From assembly GCF_036588685.1 (NCBI RefSeq), contig NC_086381.1, forward strand, positions 27,776,001 through 27,840,000: a DNA stretch of 64,000 nt, in the 5' to 3' direction. Position 1 is the first letter of the stretch; every line of letters begins with the position of its first letter. Positions 1 to 16,139 of the stretch are shown here, one piece after another. The stretch is from Mytilus trossulus. Its lineage: Eukaryota. The notes beneath the pieces were generated by a model. That model was not told the origin of the DNA. It searched no databases and saw only the letters and a list, made by a program, of their open reading frames with translations. The position numbers and the translations under genes were made by a program.

Positions 1-407
1 TTCAGGGCCACCAACATTTTTCAAAAAGAATCTGACTTTGTTGTGCAATCTCAAACATAGCTCACTCCCTCCATTTCTCTTGTCTTTATCTCTTTATTTT
101 TCCTTTTCTTTATAAACAGCATACAGATGTCTACTTTCTTATTATATATATAACAATATTTGATGTGGAAAAAAAATGAAGAACAGTACGAGTTTCTTTT
201 TTTCCCCTATAAAAGTCCAAGAAAATAAACAACTATATATAAACGTAGATTCGATGAAAATGCGCAAGCACGAGAGGAAGAAAAACTCATAGTTGTTAGT
301 GGTCAATATTGCATATATTTTTGGTGTAAATTTAGTTGCAGTCCTATATATTATACTATATAAGCACACACATTACAATCTATGACCTTATTTTTATATA
401 ATATATA

Positions 408-463
408 TTCGTTCGTTCGTTCGTTCGTTCGTTCGTTCGTTCGTTCGTTCGTTCGTTCGTTCG
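408..463 (+). repeat. (TTCG)14 microsatellite in H2A-H3 spacer of type A units
   Basis: Perfect 56-bp repeat; also at 6021, 11632, 17245 and as (CGAA)14 at 21395, 27010, 32627, 38241, 43856. Confidence 0.97.
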
Positions 464-1165
464 TTGTCTGTCTAACTGTGATCTATGTGAATTCTTTTCT
501 TCCTCTTCTGCTGTCACATTCTCTTAGATATATAATATATATTTTGTATTCCTATACAAAGTACTTATGCGTATGTTTATAGTTGTGTAGATTATTTTTT
601 AGCTCAAATCCTTTGTATTTGCAAAATTCGTATATAAACAATAAAGAATACTTCAACAATGTGCAAGTTTCCCAGTATGCGTGCAGTATACTATATAGAG
701 AATATCATGGCTTTACATGATACAGAGACTAGAGAATACAGACACTGTATAGCTAGAGAGAACACAAAGACTATAGAGAGGATAAAAAGTGTTCTCTTTG
801 TTTTAAGACACTGAGACGAGTGACAATTGTGTACTATAGTAAGCATGTCTATACGAGAAACTGGCTACACACACTAAGAAAACGGCTGCATTTCTATACC
901 ACTGGCTATTGATGAAAATGGATGGATGATGTTTTTTTTTCTCTTTTTCTTCTTCTATTTTGCTCTTTAATTTACATTTCCTGTCAATTATTAATTTCGT
1001 GTCAGACTGTTGATTAAACAATTATTTATTATTTGAATAAAGATTATTATTAAGTTCTGCATTACTCTTGATTATTATTTTTTTTGGTCTTATGTCAAAT
1101 TTTCGCTGACACTATCAGAATAGAAACAAATTGTGCCAATTGTTAGCTTGGGGTGAACAATCTTT

Positions 1166-1794
<629 letters not shown>

Positions 1795-1819
1795 ACTGAC
1801 CTTTACTCTATACAATAAC

Positions 1820-1860
1820 GGCCCTTTTAAGGGCCACCAATATTTTCCAAAAAGAGTCTG
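1820..1860 (+). terminator. H3 histone 3' stem-loop and HDE (representative copy)
   Basis: GGCCCT-TTTA-AGGGCC 1820-1835, ACCAA, AAAAAGAGTCTG 1849-1860. Confidence 0.95.
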
Positions 1861-1900
1861 AATATGTTGTACATCAAAATCAAAAATAGCTGAAACCCCC

Positions 1901-1956
1901 TCTCCACATCTTTCTTTATTTTTCTTTCTCTCCACATCTCTCTTTATTCTTCTTTC
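1901..1956 (+). repeat. 28-bp tandem duplication downstream of H3
   Basis: tctccacatctttctttatttttctttc / tctccacatctctctttattcttctttc (2 mismatches in A, 1 in B). Confidence 0.85.
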
Positions 1957-3295
1957 TTATTATCTTTTTTTTTTGCACTTAAGATTAGACAAGTCAGGTT
2001 ACTGTATTGATAGGAGAAAAATATAGAGAAACTTATTTCAAAACATGCAAAGAAAATAAATAAAAGGATAAATAGAGAGAGAGACATACATATTTTTTAT
2101 TTATCTAATTCTTCCAAATCCTTCGGGAAAAAACAAGAATGTTATACATTTTCTGGTATACCCTCCTGAAAAAATTAACATACATGTATACATTTAAATA
2201 AAAAAAAAAAGGTAAGAAAAAACATACTCCAAGAACAATACAATCCATCTTCTAATTACAGAATTATTAAAATGTATTTCTTTCTAATTTCTGTGGTTAT
2301 ATTTTTCTCTAAATTGCATTTTTCTCGGTCTTATTTTCTCACTTATTTTTTAGATGCTTTTTGTATGTAATTTTTACTCATATTGTGTATTCTACTGTGA
2401 CAACATGAGAAGATTCAATTATTTTATATTTCTGAAATATATTTTCGGTACGGGTCCAAGTAGTCCACCTTAAATTCTCATTGAAAACTTTGTCTCCATC
2501 AATTGTGTGTTACAGAAAGAACTTTTTCTTGAATACCTTTATTTTGTGCTTAAAATGCATCTATTTTGGGTGCTCTATGTGCCTTATAAATGATGTGAAC
2601 ATGTGTGCGGATGAATCTTTTTTTCCCATTGGTGGAGAAAAATAGACAAGGCGCAATAATTCATTCATTCAATGATGTACCAATTGTGGTATTTAAAAAG
2701 TGAGGCTGCACTGTGTACATTTCAAAAACCTATGACTACATGTATAAAGTAGCTGCTAAATTTAGAAAGATTCCTAATTAGTTGTTAAAAGATGAGCATT
2801 GATTGTATACATGTAATAATAACATGTTTGAAATGTGAATTTCCCGGGACATCTTTATTGAAACTGGTAAAGGTGATTTTGAGAAAAATTATCATGCACA
2901 CCTGTTTTTATTTACAAGTCTATCTGTCCATGCTTAAATAACTGACTGGTATGCTGTAGATTAGTTTTGCTTTTACTCTCTTAAGTCTGCAGAGCTGCAG
3001 TGGACTATCTCTGAAACTGTATCTTTTGAACAAGAAAAATACTGTATAAAAAGATTTTCTTTAAACTAATTGTTTTTATATTGCAATTGCACATTGTTAA
3101 CTCCTGCTTATGTATGCAGTGTGATATGTTCTTGTATTTTAAGTAAAAGGAAATAAATCTCTTTCACATTGGAAAATATAAGAAGTATTAATTGATGATG
3201 GAGATCATTAGTTATTTGGTCCATCTCTTATAATCTTTGTATTTTTATTTGTATACAGTTTGAAATATTTTATTTTCACATATTTTCAGAGAAGT

Positions 3296-3420
3296 GGATT
3301 GAAAGTGTACAGAATTCCTACAGAGTTACCTCCCCGATTTAGACGAAAACAACCAATCAGGTCCAACCTATCAAAAATTCAGTGGTATTTCTTTTAGGGC
3401 CGCGTTCATCAGATATATAG
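3296..3420 (+). promoter_or_regulatory. H4 promoter (representative copy)
   Basis: GGATTGAAAG 3296-3305; CCAATCAGGTCC starting at 3353; TATATA 3414-3419. Confidence 0.7.
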
Positions 3421-3786
<366 letters not shown>

Positions 3787-3814
3787 ACAGCCAGCTGAAA
3801 AATACAAATACAAC

Positions 3815-3855
3815 GGCCCTTTTCAGGGCCACCAACATTTTTCAAAAAGAATCTG
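3815..3855 (+). terminator. H4 histone 3' stem-loop and HDE (representative copy)
   Basis: GGCCCT-TTTC-AGGGCC 3815-3830; AAAAAGAATCTG 3844-3855. Confidence 0.95.
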
Positions 3856-4473
3856 CATTTGTTGTACTTAAAAAGAAAACCATAGCTTTCTCCTGTCCAA
3901 CTTTCTTTACTTTCCTTTTTCTTTTATTCGTTTATTTTTTTTAATTTCTTTTCACTATTTTTATTTAAGCCTATTAAAAAAAGACCAGCAAGGCTTTGGA
4001 TACAATATGATTCCTGATTTTTGAATGTAAATAACATTTTTATTCTTTATTTCATATGTATTCTTTTATGTAAAAGATATATTGCTGATTTTTCCTCCAT
4101 TGTCAAACTCTAGTTATATTGTTTTTATATCCTAAAACAATCCCCCTCCCCCTTTTTTCTCTCTGTCGACGTATGTGTGAATTTAATCTGTTCGTGATAT
4201 TTTTTTATATAATGTTTCAATACATATTCAAGTATAGTTCGATTCTAGACCCCCTCCCCCCCAAAAAAAGAGGGAAGAAATGTATAACCCGTGAAAAGGT
4301 TAAATTCTGGTGTATGTATATTTTTTCAAATCGGCTAATAAAATGAAGAATAAAGAAGAGAAAAGAAGAAAGAAAGAAAGAAAGACAAAAAGACAGAATT
4401 CAGATATAAATAAATTTGTCATTTTGGGGTGGGACACAGCTTCATTTAGAAGTTTGTTATGTACAACAATAAT

Positions 4474-4514
4474 AAGACTCTTTTTGAAAAATATTGGTGG
4501 CCCTGAAAAGGGCC
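4474..4514 (-). terminator. H2B histone 3' stem-loop and HDE (representative copy)
   Basis: Minus-strand GGCCCTTTTCAGGGCC 4499-4514 followed by AAAAAGAGTCTT. Confidence 0.95.
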
Positions 4515-4540
4515 GTTTGTGAAGTTAAACTTCTCGTTGT

Positions 4541-4915
4541 TTACTTGCTGCTGGTGTACTTTGTGACGGCTTTGGTACCTTCACTGACAGCGTGCTTGGC
4601 CAATTCACCGGGTAGGAGCAGACGAACTGCAGTCTGGATCTCCCGAGATGTGATGGTAGATCTCTTGTTGTAGTGAGCGAGACGGGAAGCTTCTGCAGCG
4701 ATTCTCTCAAAGATATCGTTGACAAAACTGTTCATGATAGACATAGCCTTTGAGGATACTCCAGTGTCTGGGTGCACCTGTCTCAAGACTTTGTAGATGT
4801 AGATGGCATAGGATTCTCTCCTCTTCCTCCTCCTTTTCTTGTCACCGCCGGGTCTGGCAGTCTTTGCCTTTGTTACGGCCTTTTTGGCTCCTTTGGTTCC
4901 AACTTTTGGTGGCAT
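4541..4915 (-). CDS. H2B: Histone H2B
   Basis: 124 aa [12 protein letters not shown]...KYTSSK; histone fold; ATG at 4915. Confidence 0.99.
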   Translation of the reverse strand: MPPKVGTKGAKKAVTKAKTARPGGDKKRRRKRRESYAIYIYKVLRQVHPDTGVSSKAMSIMNSFVNDIFERIAAEASRLAHYNKRSTITSREIQTAVRLLLPGELAKHAVSEGTKAVTKYTSSK

Positions 4916-5576
<661 letters not shown>

Positions 5577-5606
5577 AGTCAACACTACAGAAACTTCACT
5601 TACAAC

Positions 5607-5647
5607 GGCCCTTTTCAGGGCCACCAACATTTTTCAAAAAGAATCTG
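5607..5647 (+). terminator. H2A histone 3' stem-loop and HDE (representative copy)
   Basis: GGCCCTTTTCAGGGCC 5607-5622; AAAAAGAATCTG follows; partial copy at window positions 1-34. Confidence 0.95.
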
Positions 5648-6921
5648 ACTTTGTTGTGCAATCTCAAACATAGCTCACTCCCTCCATTTCTCTTGTCTTT
5701 ATCTCTTTATTTTTCCTTTTCTTTATAAACAGCATACAGATGTCTACTTTCTTATTATATATATAACAATATTTGATGTGGAAAAAAAATGAAGAACAGT
5801 ACGAGTTTCTTTTTTTCCCCTATAAAAGTCCAAGAAAATAAACAACTATATATAAACGTAGATTCGATGAAAATGCGCAAGCACGAGAGGAAGAAAAACT
5901 CATAGTTGTTAGTGGTCAATATTGCATATATTTTTGGTGTAAATTTAGTTGCAGTCCTATATATTATACTATATAAGCACACACATTACAATCTATGACC
6001 TTATTTTTATATAATATATATTCGTTCGTTCGTTCGTTCGTTCGTTCGTTCGTTCGTTCGTTCGTTCGTTCGTTCGTTGTCTGTCTAACTGTGATCTATG
6101 TGAATTCTTTTCTTCCTCTTCTGCTGTCACATTCTCTTAGATATATAATATATATTTTGTATTCCTATACAAAGTACTTATGCGTATGTTTATAGTTGTG
6201 TAGATTATTTTTTAGCTCAAATCCTTTGTATTTGCAAAATTCGTATATAAACAATAAAGAATACTTCAACAATGTGCAAGTTTCCCAGTATGCGTGCAGT
6301 ATACTATATAGAGAATATCATGGCTTTACATGATACAGAGACTAGAGAATACAGACACTGTATAGCTAGAGAGAACACAAAGACTATAGAGAGGATAAAA
6401 AGTGTTCTCTTTGTTTTAAGACACTGAGACGAGTGACAATTGTGTACTATAGTAAGCATGTCTATACGAGAAACTGGCTACACACACTAAGAAAACGGCT
6501 GCATTTCTATACCACTGGCTATTGATGAAAATGGATGGATGATGTTTTTTTTTCTCTTTTTCTTCTTCTATTTTGCTCTTTAATTTACATTTCCTGTCAA
6601 TTATTAATTTCGTGTCAGACTGTTGATTAAACAATTATTTATTATTTGAATAAAGATTATTATTAAGTTCTGCATTACTCTTGATTATTATTTTTTTTGG
6701 TCTTATGTCAAATTTTCGCTGACACTATCAGAATAGAAACAAATTGTGCCAATTGTTAGCTTGGGGTGAACAATCTTTAGCTTCAGTCCAAAAAGGGATC
6801 GAAAGCTGTGAAAGTAACTTCCAGATCAGTCCAATCATAATACAGAGATTTCAACCAATCAACGTGAGTTTTATTACCCCGAAAGGCCAATCAGTGTCGT
6901 GTTTGCAAACATTGCGGCTAG

Positions 6922-7407
<486 letters not shown>

Positions 7408-9031
7408 ACTGACCTTTACTCTATACAATAACGGCCCTTTTAAGGGCCACCAATATTTTCCAAAAAGAGTCTGAATATGTTGTACATCAAAATCAAAAAT
7501 AGCTGAAACCCCCTCTCCACATCTTTCTTTATTTTTCTTTCTCTCCACATCTCTCTTTATTCTTCTTTCTTATTATCTTTTTTTTTTGCACTTAAGATTA
7601 GACAAGTCAGGTTACTGTATTGATAGGAGAAAAATATAGAGAAACTTATTTCAAAACATGCAAAGAAAATAAATAAAAGGATAAATAGAGAGAGACATAC
7701 ATATTTTTTATTTATCTAATTCTTCCAAATCCTTCGGGAAAAAACAAGAATGTTATACATTTTCTGGTATACCCTCCTGAAAAAATTAACATACATGTAT
7801 ACATTTAAATAAAAAAAAAAAGGTAAGAAAAAACATACTCCAAGAACAATACAATCCATCTTCTAATTACAGAATTATTAAAATGTATTTCTTTCTAATT
7901 TCTGTGGTTATATTTTTCTCTAAATTGCATTTTTCTCGGTCTTATTTTCTCACTTATTTTTTAGATGCTTTTTGTATGTAATTTTTACTCATATTGTGTA
8001 TTCTACTGTGACAACATGAGAAGATTCAATTATTTTATATTTCTGAAATATATTTTCGGTACGGGTCCAAGTAGTCCACCTTAAATTCTCATTGAAAACT
8101 TTGTCTCCATCAATTGTGTGTTACAGAAAGAACTTTTTCTTGAATACCTTTATTTTGTGCTTAAAATGCATCTATTTTGGGTGCTCTATGTGCCTTATAA
8201 ATGATGTGAACATGTGTGCGGATGAATCTTTTTTTCCCATTGGTGGAGAAAAATAGACAAGGCGCAATAATTCATTCATTCAATGATGTACCAATTGTGG
8301 TATTTAAAAAGTGAGGCTGCACTGTGTACATTTCAAAAACCTATGACTACATGTATAAAGTAGCTGCTAAATTTAGAAAGATTCCTAATTAGTTGTTAAA
8401 AGATGAGCATTGATTGTATACATGTAATAATAACATGTTTGAAATGTGAATTTCCCGGGACATCTTTATTGAAACTGGTAAAGGTGATTTTGAGAAAAAT
8501 TATCATGCACACCTGTTTTTATTTACAAGTCTATCTGTCCATGCTTAAATAACTGACTGGTATGCTGTAGATTAGTTTTGCTTTTACTCTCTTAAGTCTG
8601 CAGAGCTGCAGTGGACTATCTCTGAAACTGTATCTTTTGAACAAGAAAAATACTGTATAAAAAGATTTTCTTTAAACTAATTGTTTTTATATTGCAATTG
8701 CACATTGTTAACTCCTGCTTATGTATGCAGTGTGATATGTTCTTGTATTTTAAGTAAAAGGAAATAAATCTCTTTCACATTGGAAAATATAAGAAGTATT
8801 AATTGATGATGGAGATCATTAGTTATTTGGTCCATCTCTTATAATCTTTGTATTTTTATTTGTATACAGTTTGAAATATTTTATTTTCACATATTTTCAG
8901 AGAAGTGGATTGAAAGTGTACAGAATTCCTACAGAGTTACCTCCCCGATTTAGACGAAAACAACCAATCAGGTCCAACCTATCAAAAATTCAGTGGTATT
9001 TCTTTTAGGGCCGCGTTCATCAGATATATAG

Positions 9032-9397
<366 letters not shown>

Positions 9398-10151
9398 ACA
9401 GCCAGCTGAAAAATACAAATACAACGGCCCTTTTCAGGGCCACCAACATTTTTCAAAAAGAATCTGCATTTGTTGTACTTAAAAAGAAAACCATAGCTTT
9501 CTCCTGTCCAACTTTCTTTACTTTCCTTTTTCTTTTATTCGTTTATTTTTTTTAATTTCTTTTCACTATTTTTATTTAAGCCTATTAAAAAAAGACCAGC
9601 AAGGCTTTGGATACAATATGATTCCTGATTTTTGAATGTAAATAACATTTTTATTCTTTATTTCATATGTATTCTTTTATGTAAAAGATATATTGCTGAT
9701 TTTTCCTCCATTGTCAAACTCTAGTTATATTGTTTTTATATCCTAAAACAATCCCCCTCCCCCTTTTTTCTCTCTGTCGACGTATGTGTGAATTTAATCT
9801 GTTCGTGATATTTTTTTATATAATGTTTCAATACATATTCAAGTATAGTTCGATTCTAGACCCCCTCCCCCCCAAAAAAAGAGGGAAGAAATGTATAACC
9901 CGTGAAAAGGTTAAATTCTGGTGTATGTATATTTTTTCAAATCGGCTAATAAAATGAAGAATAAAGAAGAGAAAAGAAGAAAGAAAGAAAGAAAGACAAA
10001 AAGACAGAATTCAGATATAAATAAATTTGTCATTTTGGGGTGGGACACAGCTTCATTTAGAAGTTTGTTATGTACAACAATAATAAGACTCTTTTTGAAA
10101 AATATTGGTGGCCCTGAAAAGGGCCGTTTGTGAAGTTAAACTTCTCGTTGT

Positions 10152-10526
10152 TTACTTGCTGCTGGTGTACTTTGTGACGGCTTTGGTACCTTCACTGACA
10201 GCGTGCTTGGCCAATTCACCGGGTAGGAGCAGACGAACTGCAGTCTGGATCTCCCGAGATGTGATGGTAGATCTCTTGTTGTAGTGAGCGAGACGGGAAG
10301 CTTCTGCAGCGATTCTCTCAAAGATATCGTTGACAAAACTGTTCATGATAGACATAGCCTTTGAGGATACTCCAGTGTCTGGGTGCACCTGTCTCAAGAC
10401 TTTGTAGATGTAGATGGCATAGGATTCTCTCCTCTTCCTCCTCCTTTTCTTGTCACCGCCGGGTCTGGCAGTCTTTGCCTTTGTTACGGCCTTTTTGGCT
10501 CCTTTGGTTCCAACTTTTGGTGGCAT
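10152..10526 (-). CDS. H2B: Histone H2B
   Basis: Identical 124-aa ORF. Confidence 0.99.
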   Translation of the reverse strand: MPPKVGTKGAKKAVTKAKTARPGGDKKRRRKRRESYAIYIYKVLRQVHPDTGVSSKAMSIMNSFVNDIFERIAAEASRLAHYNKRSTITSREIQTAVRLLLPGELAKHAVSEGTKAVTKYTSSK

Positions 10527-10803
10527 TTTTGACAGATGTATACTCTCTGAAATGTAATCAGTGAATGATGGCCGTAAATAAAAATTTCTATTTATACTCG
10601 GCAAAACGGATTGAAAGTTTTTACTTAACGCGAACTTCGGAGAGAGCACCTTCTAACATTCAACCTAACTACCTGGAAGAAGCGATGATTTGATTGGTTT
10701 AGAACTGAAACATCTTTCAATCCGTTTTGCGGGTATAAATAGTAAAATACCACCTAACGGGGTAATCATTGTTTATACTTGTTCAAGTCAAACAACGTAT
10801 TAA

Positions 10804-11187
<384 letters not shown>

Positions 11188-12532
11188 AGTCAACACTACA
11201 GAAACTTCACTTACAACGGCCCTTTTCAGGGCCACCAACATTTTTCAAAAAGAATCTGACTTTGTTGTGCAATCTCAAACATAGCTCACTCCCTCCATTT
11301 CTCTTGTCTTTATCTCTTTATTTTTCCTTTTCTTTATAAACAGCATACAGATGTCTACTTTCTTATTATATATATAACAATATTTGATGTGGAAAAAAAA
11401 TGAAGAACAGTACGAGTTTCTTTTTTTCCCCTATAAAAGTCCAAGAAAATAAACAACTATATATAAACGTAGATTCGATGAAAATGCGCAAGCACGAGAG
11501 GAAGAAAAACTCATAGTTGTTAGTGGTCAATATTGCATATATTTTTGGTGTAAATTTAGTTGCAGTCCTATATATTATACTATATAAGCACACACATTAC
11601 AATCTATGACCTTATTTTTATATAATATATATTCGTTCGTTCGTTCGTTCGTTCGTTCGTTCGTTCGTTCGTTCGTTCGTTCGTTCGTTGTCTGTCTAAC
11701 TGTGATCTATGTGAATTCTTTTCTTCCTCTTCTGCTGTCACATTCTCTTAGATATATAATATATATTTTGTATTCCTATACAAAGTACTTATGCGTATGT
11801 TTATAGTTGTGTAGATTATTTTTTAGCTCAAATCCTTTGTATTTGCAAAATTCGTATATAAACAATAAAGAATACTTCAACAATGTGCAAGTTTCCCAGT
11901 ATGCGTGCAGTATACTATATAGAGAATATCATGGCTTTACATGATACAGAGACTAGAGAATACAGACACTGTATAGCTAGAGAGAACACAAAGACTATAG
12001 AGAGGATAAAAAGTGTTCTCTTTGTTTTAAGACACTGAGACGAGTGACAATTGTGTACTATAGTAAGCATGTCTATACGAGAAACTGGCTACACACACTA
12101 AGAAAACGGCTGCATTTCTATACCACTGGCTATTGATGAAAATGGATGGATGATGTTTTTTTTTCTCTTTTTCTTCTTCTATTTTGCTCTTTAATTTACA
12201 TTTCCTGTCAATTATTAATTTCGTGTCAGACTGTTGATTAAACAATTATTTATTATTTGAATAAAGATTATTATTAAGTTCTGCATTACTCTTGATTATT
12301 ATTTTTTTTGGTCTTATGTCAAATTTTCGCTGACACTATCAGAATAGAAACAAATTGTGCCAATTGTTAGCTTGGGGTGAACAATCTTTAGCTTCAGTCC
12401 AAAAAGGGATCGAAAGCTGTGAAAGTAACTTCCAGATCAGTCCAATCATAATACAGAGATTTCAACCAATCAACGTGAGTTTTATTACCCCGAAAGGCCA
12501 ATCAGTGTCGTGTTTGCAAACATTGCGGCTAG

Positions 12533-13018
<486 letters not shown>

Positions 13019-14644
13019 ACTGACCTTTACTCTATACAATAACGGCCCTTTTAAGGGCCACCAATATTTTCCAAAAAGAGTCTGAATATGTTGTACATCA
13101 AAATCAAAAATAGCTGAAACCCCCTCTCCACATCTTTCTTTATTTTTCTTTCTCTCCACATCTCTCTTTATTCTTCTTTCTTATTATCTTTTTTTTTTGC
13201 ACTTAAGATTAGACAAGTCAGGTTACTGTATTGATAGGAGAAAAATATAGAGAAACTTATTTCAAAACATGCAAAGAAAATAAATAAAAGGATAAATAGA
13301 GAGAGAGACATACATATTTTTTATTTATCTAATTCTTCCAAATCCTTCGGGAAAAAACAAGAATGTTATACATTTTCTGGTATACCCTCCTGAAAAAATT
13401 AACATACATGTATACATTTAAATAAAAAAAAAAAGGTAAGAAAAAACATACTCCAAGAACAATACAATCCATCTTCTAATTACAGAATTATTAAAATGTA
13501 TTTCTTTCTAATTTCTGTGGTTATATTTTTCTCTAAATTGCATTTTTCTCGGTCTTATTTTCTCACTTATTTTTTAGATGCTTTTTGTATGTAATTTTTA
13601 CTCATATTGTGTATTCTACTGTGACAACATGAGAAGATTCAATTATTTTATATTTCTGAAATATATTTTCGGTACGGGTCCAAGTAGTCCACCTTAAATT
13701 CTCATTGAAAACTTTGTCTCCATCAATTGTGTGTTACAGAAAGAACTTTTTCTTGAATACCTTTATTTTGTGCTTAAAATGCATCTATTTTGGGTGCTCT
13801 ATGTGCCTTATAAATGATGTGAACATGTGTGCGGATGAATCTTTTTTTCCCATTGGTGGAGAAAAATAGACAAGGCGCAATAATTCATTCATTCAATGAT
13901 GTACCAATTGTGGTATTTAAAAAGTGAGGCTGCACTGTGTACATTTCAAAAACCTATGACTACATGTATAAAGTAGCTGCTAAATTTAGAAAGATTCCTA
14001 ATTAGTTGTTAAAAGATGAGCATTGATTGTATACATGTAATAATAACATGTTTGAAATGTGAATTTCCCGGGACATCTTTATTGAAACTGGTAAAGGTGA
14101 TTTTGAGAAAAATTATCATGCACACCTGTTTTTATTTACAAGTCTATCTGTCCATGCTTAAATAACTGACTGGTATGCTGTAGATTAGTTTTGCTTTTAC
14201 TCTCTTAAGTCTGCAGAGCTGCAGTGGACTATCTCTGAAACTGTATCTTTTGAACAAGAAAAATACTGTATAAAAAGATTTTCTTTAAACTAATTGTTTT
14301 TATATTGCAATTGCACATTGTTAACTCCTGCTTATGTATGCAGTGTGATATGTTCTTGTATTTTAAGTAAAAGGAAATAAATCTCTTTCACATTGGAAAA
14401 TATAAGAAGTATTAATTGATGATGGAGATCATTAGTTATTTGGTCCATCTCTTATAATCTTTGTATTTTTATTTGTATACAGTTTGAAATATTTTATTTT
14501 CACATATTTTCAGAGAAGTGGATTGAAAGTGTACAGAATTCCTACAGAGTTACCTCCCCGATTTAGACGAAAACAACCAATCAGGTCCAACCTATCAAAA
14601 ATTCAGTGGTATTTCTTTTAGGGCCGCGTTCATCAGATATATAG

Positions 14645-15010
<366 letters not shown>

Positions 15011-15764
15011 ACAGCCAGCTGAAAAATACAAATACAACGGCCCTTTTCAGGGCCACCAACATTTTTCAAAAAGAATCTGCATTTGTTGTACTTAAAAAGA
15101 AAACCATAGCTTTCTCCTGTCCAACTTTCTTTACTTTCCTTTTTCTTTTATTCGTTTATTTTTTTTAATTTCTTTTCACTATTTTTATTTAAGCCTATTA
15201 AAAAAAGACCAGCAAGGCTTTGGATACAATATGATTCCTGATTTTTGAATGTAAATAACATTTTTATTCTTTATTTCATATGTATTCTTTTATGTAAAAG
15301 ATATATTGCTGATTTTTCCTCCATTGTCAAACTCTAGTTATATTGTTTTTATATCCTAAAACAATCCCCCTCCCCCTTTTTTCTCTCTGTCGACGTATGT
15401 GTGAATTTAATCTGTTCGTGATATTTTTTTATATAATGTTTCAATACATATTCAAGTATAGTTCGATTCTAGACCCCCTCCCCCCCAAAAAAAGAGGGAA
15501 GAAATGTATAACCCGTGAAAAGGTTAAATTCTGGTGTATGTATATTTTTTCAAATCGGCTAATAAAATGAAGAATAAAGAAGAGAAAAGAAGAAAGAAAG
15601 AAAGAAAGACAAAAAGACAGAATTCAGATATAAATAAATTTGTCATTTTGGGGTGGGACACAGCTTCATTTAGAAGTTTGTTATGTACAACAATAATAAG
15701 ACTCTTTTTGAAAAATATTGGTGGCCCTGAAAAGGGCCGTTTGTGAAGTTAAACTTCTCGTTGT

Positions 15765-16139
15765 TTACTTGCTGCTGGTGTACTTTGTGACGGCTTTGGT
15801 ACCTTCACTGACAGCGTGCTTGGCCAATTCACCGGGTAGGAGCAGACGAACTGCAGTCTGGATCTCCCGAGATGTGATGGTAGATCTCTTGTTGTAGTGA
15901 GCGAGACGGGAAGCTTCTGCAGCGATTCTCTCAAAGATATCGTTGACAAAACTGTTCATGATAGACATAGCCTTTGAGGATACTCCAGTGTCTGGGTGCA
16001 CCTGTCTCAAGACTTTGTAGATGTAGATGGCATAGGATTCTCTCCTCTTCCTCCTCCTTTTCTTGTCACCGCCGGGTCTGGCAGTCTTTGCCTTTGTTAC
16101 GGCCTTTTTGGCTCCTTTGGTTCCAACTTTTGGTGGCAT
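15765..16139 (-). CDS. H2B: Histone H2B
   Basis: Identical 124-aa ORF. Confidence 0.99.
   Translation of the reverse strand: MPPKVGTKGAKKAVTKAKTARPGGDKKRRRKRRESYAIYIYKVLRQVHPDTGVSSKAMSIMNSFVNDIFERIAAEASRLAHYNKRSTITSREIQTAVRLLLPGELAKHAVSEGTKAVTKYTSSK

Noticed and set aside
382-582. 66-aa ORF with SFVR repeats
   Set aside because: Translation of the (TTCG)14 microsatellite; missing from type B and from one A unit
715-790. Degenerate ACAGAGACTAGAGA-like internal repeats in the H2A-H3 spacer
   Set aside because: Too degenerate to define a unit; no TIR/TSD evidence for a mobile element
2055-2064. AATAAA downstream of H3 as a dual stem-loop/poly(A) signal
   Set aside because: Expected by chance in very AT-rich spacer; needs 3'-end sequencing to support
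2447-2470. Minus-strand TACTTGGA resembling part of the 5S rRNA internal control region
   Set aside because: Only an ~8-bp match; no flanking 5S similarity or 120-nt structure
3197-3225. GATGGA...TCCATC short hairpin upstream of H4
   Set aside because: 6-bp stem, within chance expectation
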